A DNA stretch of 64,000 nucleotides, taken from assembly GCA_045606105.1 (NCBI GenBank), contig JAZURI010000007.1, positions 37,554 to 101,553 on the forward strand. The letters are read 5' to 3'. The stretch is from Spirochaetia bacterium (GTDB lineage Bacteria > Spirochaetota > Spirochaetia > CADAEX01). The notes under the pieces are model-generated. The model was not told the DNA's origin. It was given only the letters and a program-made list of their open reading frames with translations, and ran no database searches. Below are positions 28,601 to 39,870 of this stretch, one piece after another. Numbering within the stretch: position 1 is the stretch's first letter; each line of letters opens with the position of its first letter. Position numbers and translations under genes: made by a program.

Positions 28601-29905
28601 ATTCAGCGCGGCAAAGAGACAATATGTGCAACCAACAAGGCATATATCCATGTATTCGGCAATCAGCTCCTGTCATTGGCACATGAACAGAAGATCGAGA
28701 TCAAAAACGGTTCTGAGCTGTTGAAAAATGAAGACACCTGTGTACCTGCAGGGGAGACAATAGCTAAGTTTGATCCGTTCTCTGAGCCTATCATTGCCGA
28801 ATACAGCGGAACAATCAAATTCTCGGATATTATCCTCAATTCCACATTGAAAGAAGAAATCAATGCAGATACAGGAAATACAGAGAAGAAGATTCTTGAC
28901 GGAGCTTCGGAGTCACTTCAGCCACGTATCACCATTGTTGATAAGAAAGGGACAGAACTTGCGGTTTATTACCTGCCGGGCGGAGCCTATCTCCAGGTTG
29001 AAGACGGCGACAAGGTAAAGGCAGGAAAAATGCTTGCCAAGCTGCTTAAGGAAAGCATCAAGTCATCCGGAGACATCACCGGAGGTCTTCCTAGAGTTGA
29101 AGAGCTTTTTGAGGCAAGAATTCCGAAAAACCCTGCTGTTCTGGCTCAGATTACCGGATTGGTAAAGTTCGGTCAGCTCAGCAAAGGCAAGAGAACAATC
29201 ATTGTTACAGATGACAGAGGCAGGGAGTTCAAGCATCTTGTTCCTCTCAGCAAGCATCTTCTCGTAAGGGACGGTGACCTTGTGGAGGCAGGAGACGAAC
29301 TGTGTGAAGGAGAAAAGGATCTCCATGACATTCTCGATATCCTGGGAGAAAATGCTCTCCAGTCATACCTTATGAATGAGGTTCAGGCTGTGTACAGGAA
29401 TCAGGGTGTAGGAATCAATGACAAGCACCTGGGAGTTATCATCCACCAGATGATGCGCAAGGTTGAGATTGTCCATGTCGGCGATACAAAATTTATCCAG
29501 GGTCATTATGAAGACAAGTTCTCTTTCCAGAAGGAAAATGAGCGTGTTATCGCCGAAGGTGGTGAACCTGCCATTGCAAAACCTCTGCTTCTCGGTATAA
29601 CAAAGGCAGCTACTACAGTAGATTCATTCCTTTCTGCAGCTTCATTCCAGGAAACCACAAAGGTTCTTACAAATGCAGCTATTGCAGGAAAATCCGACTA
29701 CCTCAGAGGTCTCAAGGAAAACCTCCTTATCGGACATCTGATTCCGGCCGGAACAGGAAACAAGACCTACCGGAAGATCAAGCTGTATGATGACCAGAAT
29801 GAAGATCTGGATGTTACAGTTCAGAATATCATCGAGGCCAGGAAAAGAGCTGAACAGGAAGCAGCTGAAAAAACTCAGGTACAGCTGCCTGTGGAAGAGC
29901 TTTGA
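25631..29905 (+). CDS. rpoC: DNA-directed RNA polymerase subunit beta prime
   Basis: 1424 aa with Zn finger [20 protein letters not shown] and catalytic NADFDGDQM. The alternative start ATG 25637 has better SD spacing. Confidence 0.98.
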   Translation: MFMIKDMNNFDKILIKLASPELIRKWSYGEVKKPETINYRTLRPERDGLFCEKIFGTTKEWECYCGKFKSIRYKGVVCDRCGVEVTHFKVRRERMGHIELASPVSHIWYYKSVPSRMGVLLDLTVAALRSVLYYEKYIVIDEGDTDLKKMQLLSEDEYNDAQELYGQRFTAGMGAEAIRTLLEGLDLNALADELRAKMAGKGAKADKKFLNRLEIVEHFRDSGNKPEWMILSVIPVIPPELRPMVQLEGGRFATSDLNDLYRRVINRNNRLKRLQGLLAPDIIIRNEKRMLQEAVDALFDNSKKKKVVKGSANRPLKSLSDMLKGKQGRFRQNLLGKRVDYSGRSVIVVGPELKLHQCGLPAKMALELYKPFIIKKLVEKEIVYNIKKAKTLVEEEAEEVWGVLDEVVKEHPVLLNRAPTLHRLGIQAFEPVLVQGKAIKLHPLACHAYNADFDGDQMAVHLPLTQAAQIECWTLMMSINNLLNPANGMPVVFPSLDMVLGIHQLTSIKPNAKGTGKYFTSFDEVLMALDAKSVEYQALINIKIDGKYIETTPGRLIFNERLPKEVGYLNKTVRDSNGKVISEGYKDKEIKKLIFDCYKEHGPAVTVQFLDEVKALGFKYATKFGSTISMADILVPPEKKDIIEKSNKEVEDIYKQYNDGAITQEERYNKVKDIWGKTTEELTDVLIERLREDRQGFNPVHLMTNSGARGSRAQLRQLAAMRGLMQKPSGEIIELPIKSNFKEGLSIIEFFISTSGARKGLTDTALKTANAGYLTRRLVDIAQDVVINEDDCGTINGNVISALKKGDEVIESLANRIVGRFTLERVKHPITGEIIIDVNKEITEDKAKEIEDAGIESVRIRSVLTCGARFGVCRKCYGRNLANNRTVEIGEAVGIIAAQSIGQPGTQLTMRTFHIGGAAQKAGEDNRVCLKYDVYIRKVSGNTVKLENGDVLFTRKGSLIVNKILIARELRDGDKLLVEDGQMVIPNTPLIQRGKETICATNKAYIHVFGNQLLSLAHEQKIEIKNGSELLKNEDTCVPAGETIAKFDPFSEPIIAEYSGTIKFSDIILNSTLKEEINADTGNTEKKILDGASESLQPRITIVDKKGTELAVYYLPGGAYLQVEDGDKVKAGKMLAKLLKESIKSSGDITGGLPRVEELFEARIPKNPAVLAQITGLVKFGQLSKGKRTIIVTDDRGREFKHLVPLSKHLLVRDGDLVEAGDELCEGEKDLHDILDILGENALQSYLMNEVQAVYRNQGVGINDKHLGVIIHQMMRKVEIVHVGDTKFIQGHYEDKFSFQKENERVIAEGGEPAIAKPLLLGITKAATTVDSFLSAASFQETTKVLTNAAIAGKSDYLRGLKENLLIGHLIPAGTGNKTYRKIKLYDDQNEDLDVTVQNIIEARKRAEQEAAEKTQVQLPVEEL

Positions 29906-29915
29906 TAAAACTATT

Positions 29916-29945
29916 GTGGGGTATTTTTGCCCCACTTGACTTTTT
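29916..29945 (+). terminator. hairpin plus T-run after rpoC, overlapping a candidate rpsL promoter -35
   Basis: Stem gtgggg/ccccac (29916-29935), then TTGACT (29936-29941), whose last T starts a 7-T run (29941-29947, tttttt). A possible -10 taatct lies 17 nt further on. Confidence 0.45.
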
Positions 29946-30010
29946 TCGGATGGATTGTTAATCTAAAGTTCGGAAAATAACGAAATTATATATAGGAGAA
30001 TTGTTGCTAA

Positions 30011-30385
30011 ATGCCTACAATAAATCAGTTAATCAGAAAAGGCAGAAAGACGGTTAATAAAAAGACCAAGTCCCCTGCTCTTGAAAGCTGTCCTCAGAAA
30101 AGAGGCGTATGTACAAGAGTTATGACTGTAACACCTAAAAAGCCTAACTCAGCTTTGAGAAAAGTTGCCAGAGTAAGACTTTCCAATGGTATCGAAGTTA
30201 CAGCTTATATCCCTGGTATCGGACATAACCTGCAGGAACACTCCGTTATCCTCCTGAGAGGCGGTAGAGTAAAGGACCTTCCTGGAGTTAGATATCACAT
30301 CATCAGAGGTGCTAAAGATACTCTCGGTGTTGAAGACAGAAAAAGATCACGTTCTAAGTACGGAACAAAGAAACCAAAGGCTTGA
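30011..30385 (+). CDS. rpsL: 30S ribosomal protein S12
   Basis: Starts [12 protein letters not shown]... Conserved S12 sequence. Confidence 0.97.
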   Translation: MPTINQLIRKGRKTVNKKTKSPALESCPQKRGVCTRVMTVTPKKPNSALRKVARVRLSNGIEVTAYIPGIGHNLQEHSVILLRGGRVKDLPGVRYHIIRGAKDTLGVEDRKRSRSKYGTKKPKA

Positions 30386-30400
30386 TAAAAGGATTTATAG

Positions 30401-30871
30401 ATGTCTAGAAGAAGTGGTGCTACAAAAAGGGATTTTATTCCGGATCCAAGATACGGAAGTACTGTTGTTGCAAAATTCATTACACGCATGATGTTTGACG
30501 GAAAGAAGTCAATCAGCACAAAAATCATGTACGATGCAATGGATTTTCTCGGAAGGAAAACTGATAAGGCTCCTATGGAAGCATTGGAAACAGCATTGGA
30601 AAATGTTAAACCTATGGTTGAAGTTAAATCAAGAAGAGTCGGCGGTTCAACATATCAGGTTCCGATGGAAATCAGAGAGTCAAGACGCGAGGCTCTTGCC
30701 ATGAGATGGCTTATCCAGGCTTCAAGATCCAGAAACGGAAAAACAATGGGCGATAAGCTCGGTGCTGAGCTGCTTGATGCATTCAACTCAACAGGTACAG
30801 CATACAAGAAAAAAGAAGATACTCATAAGATGGCAGAAGCCAACAAGGCATTCTCCCATTACAGATGGTAA
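30401..30871 (+). CDS. rpsG: 30S ribosomal protein S7
   Basis: Conserved S7 sequence, following rpsL. Confidence 0.97.
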   Translation: MSRRSGATKRDFIPDPRYGSTVVAKFITRMMFDGKKSISTKIMYDAMDFLGRKTDKAPMEALETALENVKPMVEVKSRRVGGSTYQVPMEIRESRREALAMRWLIQASRSRNGKTMGDKLGAELLDAFNSTGTAYKKKEDTHKMAEANKAFSHYRW

Positions 30872-31177
30872 ATTATTGATTTTCTCACAGTTGGTCTTGT
30901 CAAAAAAGACCGATTGTGTTAAAACATTAATAATATGGTCGCTTTGTGGAGCGACTATTATGCATTTGGTTGATCCAAACCAATTGCTCAAAACTATTGA
31001 ATGATAGTTGACGAGTGGTAAGGTGGTGAACCGCTTCTAATTTATTGCTTTTGTTATTAGCGTCGTTCATCATTATTACACCTCAAAATCAAAACAACTG
31101 TTTTCTGTTCGTGGTCAGGTGAATCTGCCGACAGAAACCGGAATTATAGTTTTATTTATCTTTAAGGAGGAAAACTA

Positions 31178-32362
31178 ATGGCAAAAGAGAAGTTTGAAAG
31201 GTCAAAACCCCACATTAATGTCGGAACAATCGGACACGTAGACCACGGTAAGACCACACTCACAGCAGCGATTTCCATGTACTGTGCTGCAAAACAGGGT
31301 GGAAAAATAATGAATTACGATGATATCGATAATGCACCGGAAGAAAAGGCTAGAGGTATCACCATCAATACAAGACACATCGAGTACGAATCAGCAAACA
31401 GACACTACGCTCATGTAGACTGTCCGGGCCATGCTGACTATGTTAAGAACATGATCACAGGTGCTGCACAGATGGACGGTGCTATTATCCTTTGTGCTGC
31501 AGACTCCGGTCCTGAACCACAGACAAGAGAGCACATCCTTCTTGCAAGACAGGTAGGTGTTCCAAAACTTATCGTATTCCTTAACAAGATGGACCTTGCT
31601 GACCCAGAACTCGTAGACCTCGTAGAAATGGAAGTTCAGGAACTCCTCGAAAAGTATGATTTCGATCCAGAATGTCCTATTATCAGAGGATCCGCTTTCG
31701 AAGCTATGTCAAACCCATCAGATCCTGAAAAGACAAAATGTATCCAGGAGCTCCTCGATGCAATGGACACATACTTCCCTGTTCCTGAAAGAGCTATCGA
31801 CAAGCCTTTCCTTATGCCTGTTGAGGATATCTTCTCTATTTCAGGTAGAGGTACAGTAGCTACAGGTAGAATCGAAAGAGGTATCATCAAGGTTGGTGAT
31901 GAAATCGAAATCGTAGGTATCAGAGAAACAAAGAAGTCTGTTGTAACAGGTGTTGAAATGTTCAACAAGACAATGGATCAGGGAGAAGCAGGAGACAACG
32001 TAGGTATCCTCCTCAGAGGTGTTGACAAGAAAGACATCGAAAGAGGACAGGTTGTCGCTAAGCCTGGTACAATTACTCCACATAAGAAGTTCAAGGGAAC
32101 AATTTACTGCCTTACAAAGGAAGAAGGTGGACGTCACAACCCATTCTTCACAGGATACAGACCACAGTTCTATTTCAGAACAACTGATATCACAGGTACA
32201 GTAACACTTCCTGCAGACAAACAGATGGTTATGCCTGGTGACAACGTAGAGCTTACTGTAGAGCTCATTTACCCAATCGCTATGGAGAAGGGACTTAGAT
32301 TCGCTATCCGTGAGGGTGGTAAAACTGTAGCATCCGGCCAGGTAACTGAAGTTATCGAATAA
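31178..32362 (+). CDS. tuf: elongation factor Tu
   Basis: Motifs [18 protein letters not shown] and NKMD. Length is 394 aa. Confidence 0.98.
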   Translation: MAKEKFERSKPHINVGTIGHVDHGKTTLTAAISMYCAAKQGGKIMNYDDIDNAPEEKARGITINTRHIEYESANRHYAHVDCPGHADYVKNMITGAAQMDGAIILCAADSGPEPQTREHILLARQVGVPKLIVFLNKMDLADPELVDLVEMEVQELLEKYDFDPECPIIRGSAFEAMSNPSDPEKTKCIQELLDAMDTYFPVPERAIDKPFLMPVEDIFSISGRGTVATGRIERGIIKVGDEIEIVGIRETKKSVVTGVEMFNKTMDQGEAGDNVGILLRGVDKKDIERGQVVAKPGTITPHKKFKGTIYCLTKEEGGRHNPFFTGYRPQFYFRTTDITGTVTLPADKQMVMPGDNVELTVELIYPIAMEKGLRFAIREGGKTVASGQVTEVIE

Positions 32363-32370
32363 TTGAATCG

Positions 32371-32399
32371 CCCTCCGTCAAGGCGGAGGGTAATTTTTT
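32371..32399 (+). terminator. terminator/attenuator hairpin between tuf and rpsJ
   Basis: Stem ccctccg/cggaggg with loop tcaagg, then taattttttt. The rpsJ ATG follows 15 nt later. Confidence 0.7.
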
Positions 32400-32414
32400 C
32401 AGGAGAAAGTAATA

Positions 32415-32723
32415 ATGGCTGAAGAAAGGATTAGAGTAAGGCTCAGGGGATTCGATATCGAACTCATTGATCAGAGTGCAAAATCAATTGTACAGACAGT
32501 TGTAAAAGCCGGTGCAAAAGTTGCCGGACCGATTCCGCTGCCTACAAAAATCAGTAAATATACTGTTCTTAAATCTCCGTTTGTAAACAAGAAGTCTAGA
32601 GAACAGTTTGAAATGAGAACTCACAAAAGATTGATTGATATTTATGAACCTACAGCACCGGTAATGGATGCACTCATGAAGCTTGAGCTCCCTGCAGGTG
32701 TAGATGTAGAAATTAAACAGTGA
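32415..32723 (+). CDS. rpsJ: 30S ribosomal protein S10
   Basis: Conserved S10 sequence. First gene of the S10 operon. Confidence 0.97.
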   Translation: MAEERIRVRLRGFDIELIDQSAKSIVQTVVKAGAKVAGPIPLPTKISKYTVLKSPFVNKKSREQFEMRTHKRLIDIYEPTAPVMDALMKLELPAGVDVEIKQ

Positions 32724-32739
32724 TTGGGGTGATGAGATT

Positions 32740-33357
32740 ATGATCGGGTTGATAGCAGAAAAAGTTGGAATGACTCAGGTATTTGATGAAAACGGAGTAC
32801 TCACACCTGTTACAGTAGTTAAAGTTGACGAAAATACAGTTGTTGGCGAAAGAACAGCTGAGAAAAACGGATACAATGCAATTGTACTCGGATACGGCAA
32901 TATCAAGAAAAACAAAGTTACAAAGCCTTATGCGGGACAGTTTGCCGAAGGAATTGAACCTACAAAAAAACTTATTGAAATCCGTGACTACGAAATTGAA
33001 TGCAAAGCCGGCGATAAGCTCGGCATCGAAGTTTTTGCCGATATTGATATGGTTGATGTAATCGGCACTTCCAAAGGTAAAGGATTCCAGGGTGTTATGA
33101 AACGTCACAATTTCGGTGGCGGTAGAGCGACACATGGTTCAAAATTCCACAGACAGAACGGTGGTATCGGTATGTCATCTACTCCTTCTAAAATTCTGAA
33201 GGGCCTTAAGATGGCGGGAAGAATGGGCAGTGACAGAGTAACTGTTCAGAATCTTAAAGTTGTTAAAGTTGACGCTGAAAAGAAAGTGATTCTTATTGCT
33301 GGAGCTGTTCCGGGTGCAGCAAAAAGTTTGGTACTTGTCAGAAAATCAATAAAGTAG
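32740..33357 (+). CDS. rplC: 50S ribosomal protein L3
   Basis: Conserved sequence and operon order. Confidence 0.97.
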   Translation: MIGLIAEKVGMTQVFDENGVLTPVTVVKVDENTVVGERTAEKNGYNAIVLGYGNIKKNKVTKPYAGQFAEGIEPTKKLIEIRDYEIECKAGDKLGIEVFADIDMVDVIGTSKGKGFQGVMKRHNFGGGRATHGSKFHRQNGGIGMSSTPSKILKGLKMAGRMGSDRVTVQNLKVVKVDAEKKVILIAGAVPGAAKSLVLVRKSIK

Positions 33358-33373
33358 ACGAAGAGGAATAAAC

Positions 33374-33997
33374 ATGGAAGCTAAGGTCTTCTCAGTAAAA
33401 GGTGAAGAATTACGGACAATTGAACTTGATGACAATGTTTTTAAGTGCGAAATAAGTGACGGAACTATTTATTACGCAATCAATAATGAACTTGCCAATT
33501 TGAGAGTTGGATGTGCTTGTACAAAGGGCAGATCCGAGGTTAGCGGAAGCACATCAAAGCCATGGAGCCAGAAGGGAACAGGCCGTGCCAGAGCTGGTCG
33601 CAAAAGAAGTCCGTTGTGGGTTGGCGGTGGAGTTGTATTTGGTCCAAAACCAAGAGATTACAGCTACAAAATGCCTAAAAAGATGAAAAGACTTGCAATG
33701 AAATCTATTCTCAGCATGAAAGTGCTCGAAAACAGATTTAAGATTGTAGAAGATTTTACTGTTGAAAGTGGAAAGACAAAGGACATAGTTTCAGTTCTTA
33801 AAAATCTTGTTCCTGCAGAAAGAACAGTTGTTATTCTGAAGGATGATGATGCCATGATCAAAAGAGCTGGAAGAAACCTCCCTTGGGTTTCATTTCTTTC
33901 ATATAACAGATTAAGAGCACATGATCTTTTCTACGGAAAGAACGTGCTTGCACTTGAAACTGCTGCTCTTGAACTGAACAATTTTTTCAAGGACTAA
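33374..33997 (+). CDS. rplD: 50S ribosomal protein L4
   Basis: Conserved sequence and operon order. Confidence 0.97.
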   Translation: MEAKVFSVKGEELRTIELDDNVFKCEISDGTIYYAINNELANLRVGCACTKGRSEVSGSTSKPWSQKGTGRARAGRKRSPLWVGGGVVFGPKPRDYSYKMPKKMKRLAMKSILSMKVLENRFKIVEDFTVESGKTKDIVSVLKNLVPAERTVVILKDDDAMIKRAGRNLPWVSFLSYNRLRAHDLFYGKNVLALETAALELNNFFKD

Positions 33998-34009
33998 GGG
34001 GTAGCATAT

Positions 34010-34312
34010 ATGGTATTAGAAAATATTCTTATTGAGCCTGTTGTTACAGAAAAAACTAACATCATGAGAGAAGAGAATGCAATGAAATATGCATTCAAGG
34101 TTCTTCCTGATGCAAACAAGCTCCAGATCATGGAAGCTGTTGAGAAGGTTTTCGGTGTTAAGCCTACCGCATGCAACGTACTGTGGGTTAAAGGCAAGAA
34201 AAAGACAACAAGAACAAGATCAGGCTACAGAATCGGTGAAAAATCATCATGGAAGAAAGCCATCGTAACACTGGCTCCTGGTGACAAGATAGATATGTTT
34301 GAAGGTGTGTAA
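34010..34312 (+). CDS. rplW: 50S ribosomal protein L23
   Basis: Conserved sequence and operon order. Confidence 0.95.
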   Translation: MVLENILIEPVVTEKTNIMREENAMKYAFKVLPDANKLQIMEAVEKVFGVKPTACNVLWVKGKKKTTRTRSGYRIGEKSSWKKAIVTLAPGDKIDMFEGV

Positions 34313-34328
34313 ATAAAGGGGCATATAG

Positions 34329-35153
34329 ATGGGCATTAAGAAATATAAACCTATTACACCGGGTTTGCGTTTTAAAGCAACACTTGATTTTTCAGAACTT
34401 ACAACAGACAAGCCTGAGAAATCACTTACATCCGGCTTTGCTGGCAAGGCCGGTAGAGGTGCTTCCGGCAGAATCAGCGTAAGACGCAGAGGCGGCGGAC
34501 ACAAAAGAAGATACAGAGTTATCGATTTCAGACGCGACAAGTACGGCGTTCCTGGAAAGGTAGCTACAATTGAATATGATCCAAACAGAAGCGCTAACAT
34601 CGCTCTTATCAACTATGCTGACGGAGAAAAGAGATATATTCTTGCTCCTAAAGGACTTGCATGCGGAGATACAGTACAGAGCGGAAGCACAGCTCCTATC
34701 AAGGTAGGAAACGCACTTCCACTTGAAAACATCCCACTCGGTGTTGCAATCCACAACGTAGAGCTTGTTTACGGAAAGGGCGGACAGCTTGTAAGATCAG
34801 CCGGAATGAGTGCTCTGGTTGTAGCCAAAGAGGGTGACTATGTAACACTCAGACTTCCTTCTTCGGAAATGAGAATGGTATTCAAGAAATGTATTGCCAC
34901 AATCGGAGAAGTAGGAAACGAAGAGCACATGAACATCTCTCTCGGTAAGGCCGGAAGAAGCAGATGGCTGGGTAGAAGACCAAAGGTAAGAGGTGTTGTA
35001 ATGAACCCTGTTGACCATCCACACGGAGGTGGTGAAGGTAAGACAGCATCCGGTCGTAATCCTGTTACACCATGGGGTCTTCCTACTAAGGGTTACAAGA
35101 CCAGAAAGAAGAGAAAGCTTTCCGGTAAATTTATAGTAAACAGACGTAAGTAG
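34329..35153 (+). CDS. rplB: 50S ribosomal protein L2
   Basis: Conserved sequence ([12 protein letters not shown]) and operon order. Confidence 0.97.
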   Translation: MGIKKYKPITPGLRFKATLDFSELTTDKPEKSLTSGFAGKAGRGASGRISVRRRGGGHKRRYRVIDFRRDKYGVPGKVATIEYDPNRSANIALINYADGEKRYILAPKGLACGDTVQSGSTAPIKVGNALPLENIPLGVAIHNVELVYGKGGQLVRSAGMSALVVAKEGDYVTLRLPSSEMRMVFKKCIATIGEVGNEEHMNISLGKAGRSRWLGRRPKVRGVVMNPVDHPHGGGEGKTASGRNPVTPWGLPTKGYKTRKKRKLSGKFIVNRRK

Positions 35154-35162
35154 GAGTAAGTT

Positions 35163-35435
35163 GTGTCTAGATCAATAAAAAAAGGACCATTCATTGAGAA
35201 GAAACTCTATAAGTTGGTTGAAAATGGAAAATCATCTGACAAGAAGATGATCAAGACATATTCCAGATGTTCAACTATCATTCCTGAAATGGTTGGTTTT
35301 ACAGTATCGGTTTACAATGGAAAAACATGGGTTCCTGTTTATGTAACAGAAAACCTTGTTGGTCATAAACTTGGAGAATTCTCCCCTACAAGAATCTACC
35401 GGGGACATTCTTCCGATAGTAAAGCAAAGAAATAA
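35163..35435 (+). CDS. rpsS: 30S ribosomal protein S19 (GTG start)
   Basis: Starts SRSIKKGPF... Conserved S19 sequence and operon order. Confidence 0.96.
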   Translation: MSRSIKKGPFIEKKLYKLVENGKSSDKKMIKTYSRCSTIIPEMVGFTVSVYNGKTWVPVYVTENLVGHKLGEFSPTRIYRGHSSDSKAKK

Positions 35436-35457
35436 GCGGCTGTGGAGATAGATTGAT

Positions 35458-35820
35458 ATGGAAGAGAAAAAAGGATACAGAGCTGTCGGTAAATACCTCA
35501 TGGCTTCACCAAAAAAGGTTCGCCCGATAGCAGATCTGATCAGAAGAAAACCTTACACTGAGGCTCTCGCAAAGCTTGAAGTTATCCCTAACAAGGGTGC
35601 AAGAATGCTTAAGAAGGTTCTTATGTCTGCAGCAGCAAATGCACTGAATCAGAATAAGAAACTTGATGAAGAGATGCTTTACGTAAAAGAGCTCCAGGTA
35701 AATGAAGGACCTAGACTTAAGAGAGTCTGGGCAAGAGCAAAAGGTAAAAGAGATATTCTTTTGAGAAGAATGAGTCATATTATCGTTGTTGTTGATGAAG
35801 TAGCTAAGGTGGGGGAATAA
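35458..35820 (+). CDS. rplV: 50S ribosomal protein L22
   Basis: Conserved sequence and operon order. Confidence 0.95.
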   Translation: MEEKKGYRAVGKYLMASPKKVRPIADLIRRKPYTEALAKLEVIPNKGARMLKKVLMSAAANALNQNKKLDEEMLYVKELQVNEGPRLKRVWARAKGKRDILLRRMSHIIVVVDEVAKVGE

Positions 35821-35821
35821 G

Positions 35822-36529
35822 TTGGGACAGAAAGTTAATCCAGTTGGCTTGAGACTCGGAGTAAATAAAACCTGGAAGTCTAAATGGTATGTTGATCCTC
35901 GTGAATATGCTCAGACACTTCATGAAGATCTTATTATAAGAAAAGAGCTTGAAAAATGTCCTGAAACAAAGGGAGCTGAAATTTCAGAGGTTGAAATTAT
36001 CAGACAGCCACAGAGAATTACAGTAGTGATTGAAACATCAAAGCCTGGAGTTCTCATTGGTGCAAAAGGAGCTACAATCGAGAAAATCGGTGAAAGGCTT
36101 CAGAAAGTTGCAGGAAAGAAAATCCAGCTCAAGATTAAAGAGCTTAAAAAGCCTGAAGTAAATGCACAGCTTATTGCTTTCAATGTAGCAAGACAGCTTA
36201 AGTCAAAAAGTTCTTTCAGAAAAGTTCTGAAACAGTGCGTAAGCGGAGCTATGAGAGGCGGCGCTCAGGGAATCAAGATCAGAATTGCGGGAAGACTTGC
36301 CGGAGCAGAAATGGCAAGAGTTCAGCAGCATAAGGAAGGTCGTATTCCACTGCATACATTCCGTGCCGATATCGATTACGGTTTTGCTGAAGCAAATACA
36401 ACTTTCGGTCTTATTGGTGTAAAAGTCTGGGTTTTCAACGGCGAAATACTCAAGAGAGATATGAAAGAAGATGCAGGTCAGGTTCTTGTTAAGAAAAAAG
36501 CAAGAAAAGCTGTAGGTCAAGGAGAGTAA
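35822..36529 (+). CDS. rpsC: 30S ribosomal protein S3 (TTG start)
   Basis: Starts GQKVNPVGLRLG... Conserved S3 sequence and operon order. Confidence 0.96.
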   Translation: MGQKVNPVGLRLGVNKTWKSKWYVDPREYAQTLHEDLIIRKELEKCPETKGAEISEVEIIRQPQRITVVIETSKPGVLIGAKGATIEKIGERLQKVAGKKIQLKIKELKKPEVNAQLIAFNVARQLKSKSSFRKVLKQCVSGAMRGGAQGIKIRIAGRLAGAEMARVQQHKEGRIPLHTFRADIDYGFAEANTTFGLIGVKVWVFNGEILKRDMKEDAGQVLVKKKARKAVGQGE

Positions 36530-36532
36530 GTC

Positions 36533-36958
36533 ATGCTTAGTCCAAAACGTACTAAATATAGAAAAAGAAACCGCAGCAGCGGAAGCTTGACTGGAAATGC
36601 ACACAGAGGAAATACAATTTCATTCGGCGACTTCGGTCTGGTTGCACTTGAACCAAAGTGGATCACAAACAGACAGATTGAGGCAGCCCGTGTTGCAATG
36701 ACCAGAACTATCAAGAGAGGTGGTAAGGTCTGGATCAGAATTTTCCCTGACATGCCTTACACAAAGAAACCTGCCGAAACCAGAATGGGTAAAGGTAAGG
36801 GATCCCCTGAACATTGGGTAGCAGTTGTAAAGCCTGGAATGGTAATGTTTGAAATGGGCGGCGGCGTTTCTCCGGAACTTGCAAGACAGGCTATGGAGCT
36901 CGCAGGAGATAAATTGCCGATAAAAACAAAATTTGTAGAAAGAAGGGACATGGAGTAA
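36533..36958 (+). CDS. rplP: 50S ribosomal protein L16
   Basis: Conserved sequence and operon order. Confidence 0.97.
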   Translation: MLSPKRTKYRKRNRSSGSLTGNAHRGNTISFGDFGLVALEPKWITNRQIEAARVAMTRTIKRGGKVWIRIFPDMPYTKKPAETRMGKGKGSPEHWVAVVKPGMVMFEMGGGVSPELARQAMELAGDKLPIKTKFVERRDME

Positions 36959-36961
36959 ACT

Positions 36962-37156
36962 ATGAAAAACAGCTATAAAGAACTTACACATGAAGAACTT
37001 CTTGCTAAATATGAAGAACTGAAAAAGAAATATATGGATTTGAGATTCAAGACAGTTCTTGGTCATCTAGAGAATCCTGTTGAAAAAAGGACTATCAGAA
37101 GACAGATTGCCAGGATTAAGACACTTATCCATGAAAAAAATCTTGGAATAAGGTAG
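36962..37156 (+). CDS. rpmC: 50S ribosomal protein L29
   Basis: 64 aa, helical, in the conserved position after rplP. Confidence 0.93.
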   Translation: MKNSYKELTHEELLAKYEELKKKYMDLRFKTVLGHLENPVEKRTIRRQIARIKTLIHEKNLGIR

Positions 37157-37166
37157 GAGAACTGAC

Positions 37167-37427
37167 ATGGAAAATAAAATTATCGGCAAGAAAATTTATA
37201 CAGGTCTTGTTGTCAGCGATAAAATGGAAAAGACAATCGTTGTTGCTATTGTTACTAAGACACTTCACAGATTGTACAAGAAATATGTCGTTAGAACCAA
37301 GAAAGTTAAAGCTCATGATGAACTGAACGAAGCACATATCGGAGATACTGTAAGAGTTATTCAGTCAAGACCGATCAGTAAGGAAAAGTGCTGGAAGCTT
37401 CTCGAAATTGTAGAGCGGGCTAAATAA
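37167..37427 (+). CDS. rpsQ: 30S ribosomal protein S17
   Basis: Conserved sequence and operon order. Confidence 0.95.
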   Translation: MENKIIGKKIYTGLVVSDKMEKTIVVAIVTKTLHRLYKKYVVRTKKVKAHDELNEAHIGDTVRVIQSRPISKEKCWKLLEIVERAK

Positions 37428-37459
37428 TCAAGGTTGATGTTAAGGAGTGTATTTAAGAT

Positions 37460-37828
37460 ATGATACAGATGCAGACATATCTGAATGTAGCAGATAATAG
37501 CGGAGCTAAAATCGTACAGTGTATCAAGGTTCTTGGCGGAAGCCACAAGAATACAGCCGGAATCGGAGAGATCATTGTAGTAGCTGTAAAAGATGCTATT
37601 CCTAATTCACCTATCAAGAAGGGTGATGTGCATAAGGCAGTTATTGTCAGAACAACCAGTAAGATCAGAAGAAATGACGGAACTTACATCAGATTTGATG
37701 ACAATGCCTGTGTAATTCTGGATGCAAGTCTTGCACCTAAGGGTAAGAGAATTTTTGGACCAGTTGCGAGAGAACTCAGAGATGTAGATCAGATGAAGAT
37801 TATTTCTCTTGCTCCGGAAGTACTTTAG
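37460..37828 (+). CDS. rplN: 50S ribosomal protein L14
   Basis: Starts [17 protein letters not shown]... Conserved L14 sequence. Confidence 0.97.
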   Translation: MIQMQTYLNVADNSGAKIVQCIKVLGGSHKNTAGIGEIIVVAVKDAIPNSPIKKGDVHKAVIVRTTSKIRRNDGTYIRFDDNACVILDASLAPKGKRIFGPVARELRDVDQMKIISLAPEVL

Positions 37829-37837
37829 GAGATTTGT

Positions 37838-38155
37838 ATGGAAACAGCTAAATATAAATTGAAGAAGGAAGATCAGGTTAAGGTTATTGCCGGAAAGGAA
37901 AAAGGAAAATCCGGTAAGATTCTTAAGATTGACCGCGAAAAAGGAAAGGTTGTAGTAGCCGGTCTTAACATGGTTAAGAAAGCTCAGAAGCCAAGAAAGC
38001 AGGGCGACAAGGGCGGTATCATCGACATCGAGGCTCCAATCGCAATTTCCAATGTAATGATTGTTTGTAAAAAATGCGGACCTACCAGAATCGGACTTGA
38101 AGGTGAAGGTAAACAGAAAGTGCGCAAGTGCAAAAAATGTGGGGAAGTACTGTAA
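37838..38155 (+). CDS. rplX: 50S ribosomal protein L24
   Basis: KOW motif and operon order. Confidence 0.95.
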   Translation: METAKYKLKKEDQVKVIAGKEKGKSGKILKIDREKGKVVVAGLNMVKKAQKPRKQGDKGGIIDIEAPIAISNVMIVCKKCGPTRIGLEGEGKQKVRKCKKCGEVL

Positions 38156-38703
38156 TGAGCAATAAAGAACCTAATCTTAAGATTAAATATAAAAAGGTTG
38201 CTGAAGAGCTTTTTAAGGAGTTCGGCTACAAGACAGTAATGCAGATTCCAAGAATCGAAAAAGTAGTTGTAAGCATCGGATGCGGAGACGCTATCGAAAA
38301 CAAGAAGCTTCTCGATGCTGCAGTACAGGAGCTTGGACTGATTACCGGCCAGAAGCCTATCAAGACAAAAGCAAAGAAATCTATTGCAAACTTCAAGTTG
38401 AGAGAAGGCTACGAAATCGGAGCTAAGGTTACTCTCAGAAGTCAGTATATGTGGGAGTTCCTTGACAGACTTCTTAACGTTGCTCTGCCACGTGTAAAAG
38501 ACTTCAGAGGTGTTAATCCTAACGCATTTGACGGCCGCGGTAACTACTCACTGGGAATCAAAGAGCAGATTATTTTCCCTGAAATCGACTTCGACAAGAT
38601 CGAAAGAGTCAGCGGACTTAATATTGCTATTGTTACTACAAGCAATACAGACCAGGAAGCTAAGAGCTTGCTGACCAAGCTTGGAATGCCTTTTAGGAAG
38701 TAG
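38155..38703 (+). CDS. rplE: 50S ribosomal protein L5
   Basis: Start trimmed to ATG 38155 (MSNKEPNLK...), which overlaps the rplX stop (TAATG). Conserved L5 sequence. Confidence 0.95.
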   Translation: MSNKEPNLKIKYKKVAEELFKEFGYKTVMQIPRIEKVVVSIGCGDAIENKKLLDAAVQELGLITGQKPIKTKAKKSIANFKLREGYEIGAKVTLRSQYMWEFLDRLLNVALPRVKDFRGVNPNAFDGRGNYSLGIKEQIIFPEIDFDKIERVSGLNIAIVTTSNTDQEAKSLLTKLGMPFRK

Positions 38704-38712
38704 GGGTTATAG

Positions 38713-38898
38713 ATGGCTAAAAAATCAATGATCGTTAAGGCTCAGAGACAGCCGAAATTTATGACTAGGAAAGTAAACAGATGCCTCATTTGCGGTAGAC
38801 CGAGAGGCTATATGAGAGATTTCCAGATGTGTAGAATTTGCTTCAGAAAACTTGCAAGCAAAGGTTTAATACCTGGTGTAACAAAATCGAGTTGGTAA
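38713..38898 (+). CDS. rpsN: 30S ribosomal protein S14, short zinc-binding type Z
   Basis: 61 aa with [20 protein letters not shown] zinc ribbon. Confidence 0.95.
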   Translation: MAKKSMIVKAQRQPKFMTRKVNRCLICGRPRGYMRDFQMCRICFRKLASKGLIPGVTKSSW

Positions 38899-38910
38899 GG
38901 GAGAAAGTAG

Positions 38911-39309
38911 ATGGCAGTATCGGATCCTGTTGCAGATATGCTTACAAAAATAAGAAATGCCAGTCGTGCAGGTTTTGAAAAAGTAGATGTTGTTCCTTCA
39001 AAACTTAAACTTGAAATAGTTAAGGTTCTCAAGAACGAGGGATATATCAAGAATTTCAAGAAAGTACAGCAAGACGGTAAGAATTTTATAAGACTCTTTC
39101 TTAAATATGATGAAATGGAAAATCCAATCATTCATGATATTGAAAAGATCTCAAAGCCCGGAAGAAGAATTTATTCCGGCTATAAGAAAATGCCTAGAAT
39201 CAAGAACGGCTACGGAACAGTTGTGGTTTCTACTTCCGCAGGTGTAACAACCGGAAAGAAGGCTACAGAAAAAATGGTCGGCGGAGAGCTGATCTGTTCA
39301 ATTTGGTAG
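38911..39309 (+). CDS. rpsH: 30S ribosomal protein S8
   Basis: Conserved sequence ([13 protein letters not shown]) and operon order. Confidence 0.97.
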   Translation: MAVSDPVADMLTKIRNASRAGFEKVDVVPSKLKLEIVKVLKNEGYIKNFKKVQQDGKNFIRLFLKYDEMENPIIHDIEKISKPGRRIYSGYKKMPRIKNGYGTVVVSTSAGVTTGKKATEKMVGGELICSIW

Positions 39310-39319
39310 GAGTTGGGAT

Positions 39320-39859
39320 ATGTCACGTATTGGAAAATTACCGATTCAGTTGCCAGCCGGCGTTAAGGTTACAACAGCAGACAACATTGTAACTGTAGAA
39401 GGCCCAAAGGGTAAGCTGAGTCAGAGTTATGCACCTCAGATCACTATTACTGTAAATGACAACATGGTTGTTGTTGAAAGAGCTGATGAACTGAAGGAAA
39501 CAAGATCATATCATGGACTTTACCGCAGCCTCGTAAAGAATATGGTTATCGGAGTATCAGAAGGTTACAAGAAGACCCTGGTTATCACCGGTGTTGGTTA
39601 CAAGGCTGAAGTTCAGGGAAAGATTCTCCTGCTCAACCTCGGCTATTCCACACAGATCATGTACTCAATTGCAGACGGTCTTACAATCGCATGCGATGGT
39701 CCTAACAAGATTATCGTATCTGGAATTGACAAGCAGCTTGTAGGACAGACATGTGCCGAAATCAAGTCTCTCAGACCTGTTGAACCTTACAAAGGAAAGG
39801 GAATCAAGTTTGAAAATGAGTTCGTAAGACGCAAGGTCGGAAAATCAGGTACAAAATAG
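39320..39859 (+). CDS. rplF: 50S ribosomal protein L6
   Basis: Conserved sequence and operon order. Confidence 0.97.
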   Translation: MSRIGKLPIQLPAGVKVTTADNIVTVEGPKGKLSQSYAPQITITVNDNMVVVERADELKETRSYHGLYRSLVKNMVIGVSEGYKKTLVITGVGYKAEVQGKILLLNLGYSTQIMYSIADGLTIACDGPNKIIVSGIDKQLVGQTCAEIKSLRPVEPYKGKGIKFENEFVRRKVGKSGTK

Positions 39860-39870
39860 GATAGGATGAT

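Noticed and set aside
30872-31177. Possible degraded fusA pseudogene in the rpsG-tuf gap.
   Set aside because: At 306 nt it is far too short. None of the frames shows G-domain motifs (AHxDxGKT, DTPGH). The only ORFs listed there are short and overlap the rpsG end.
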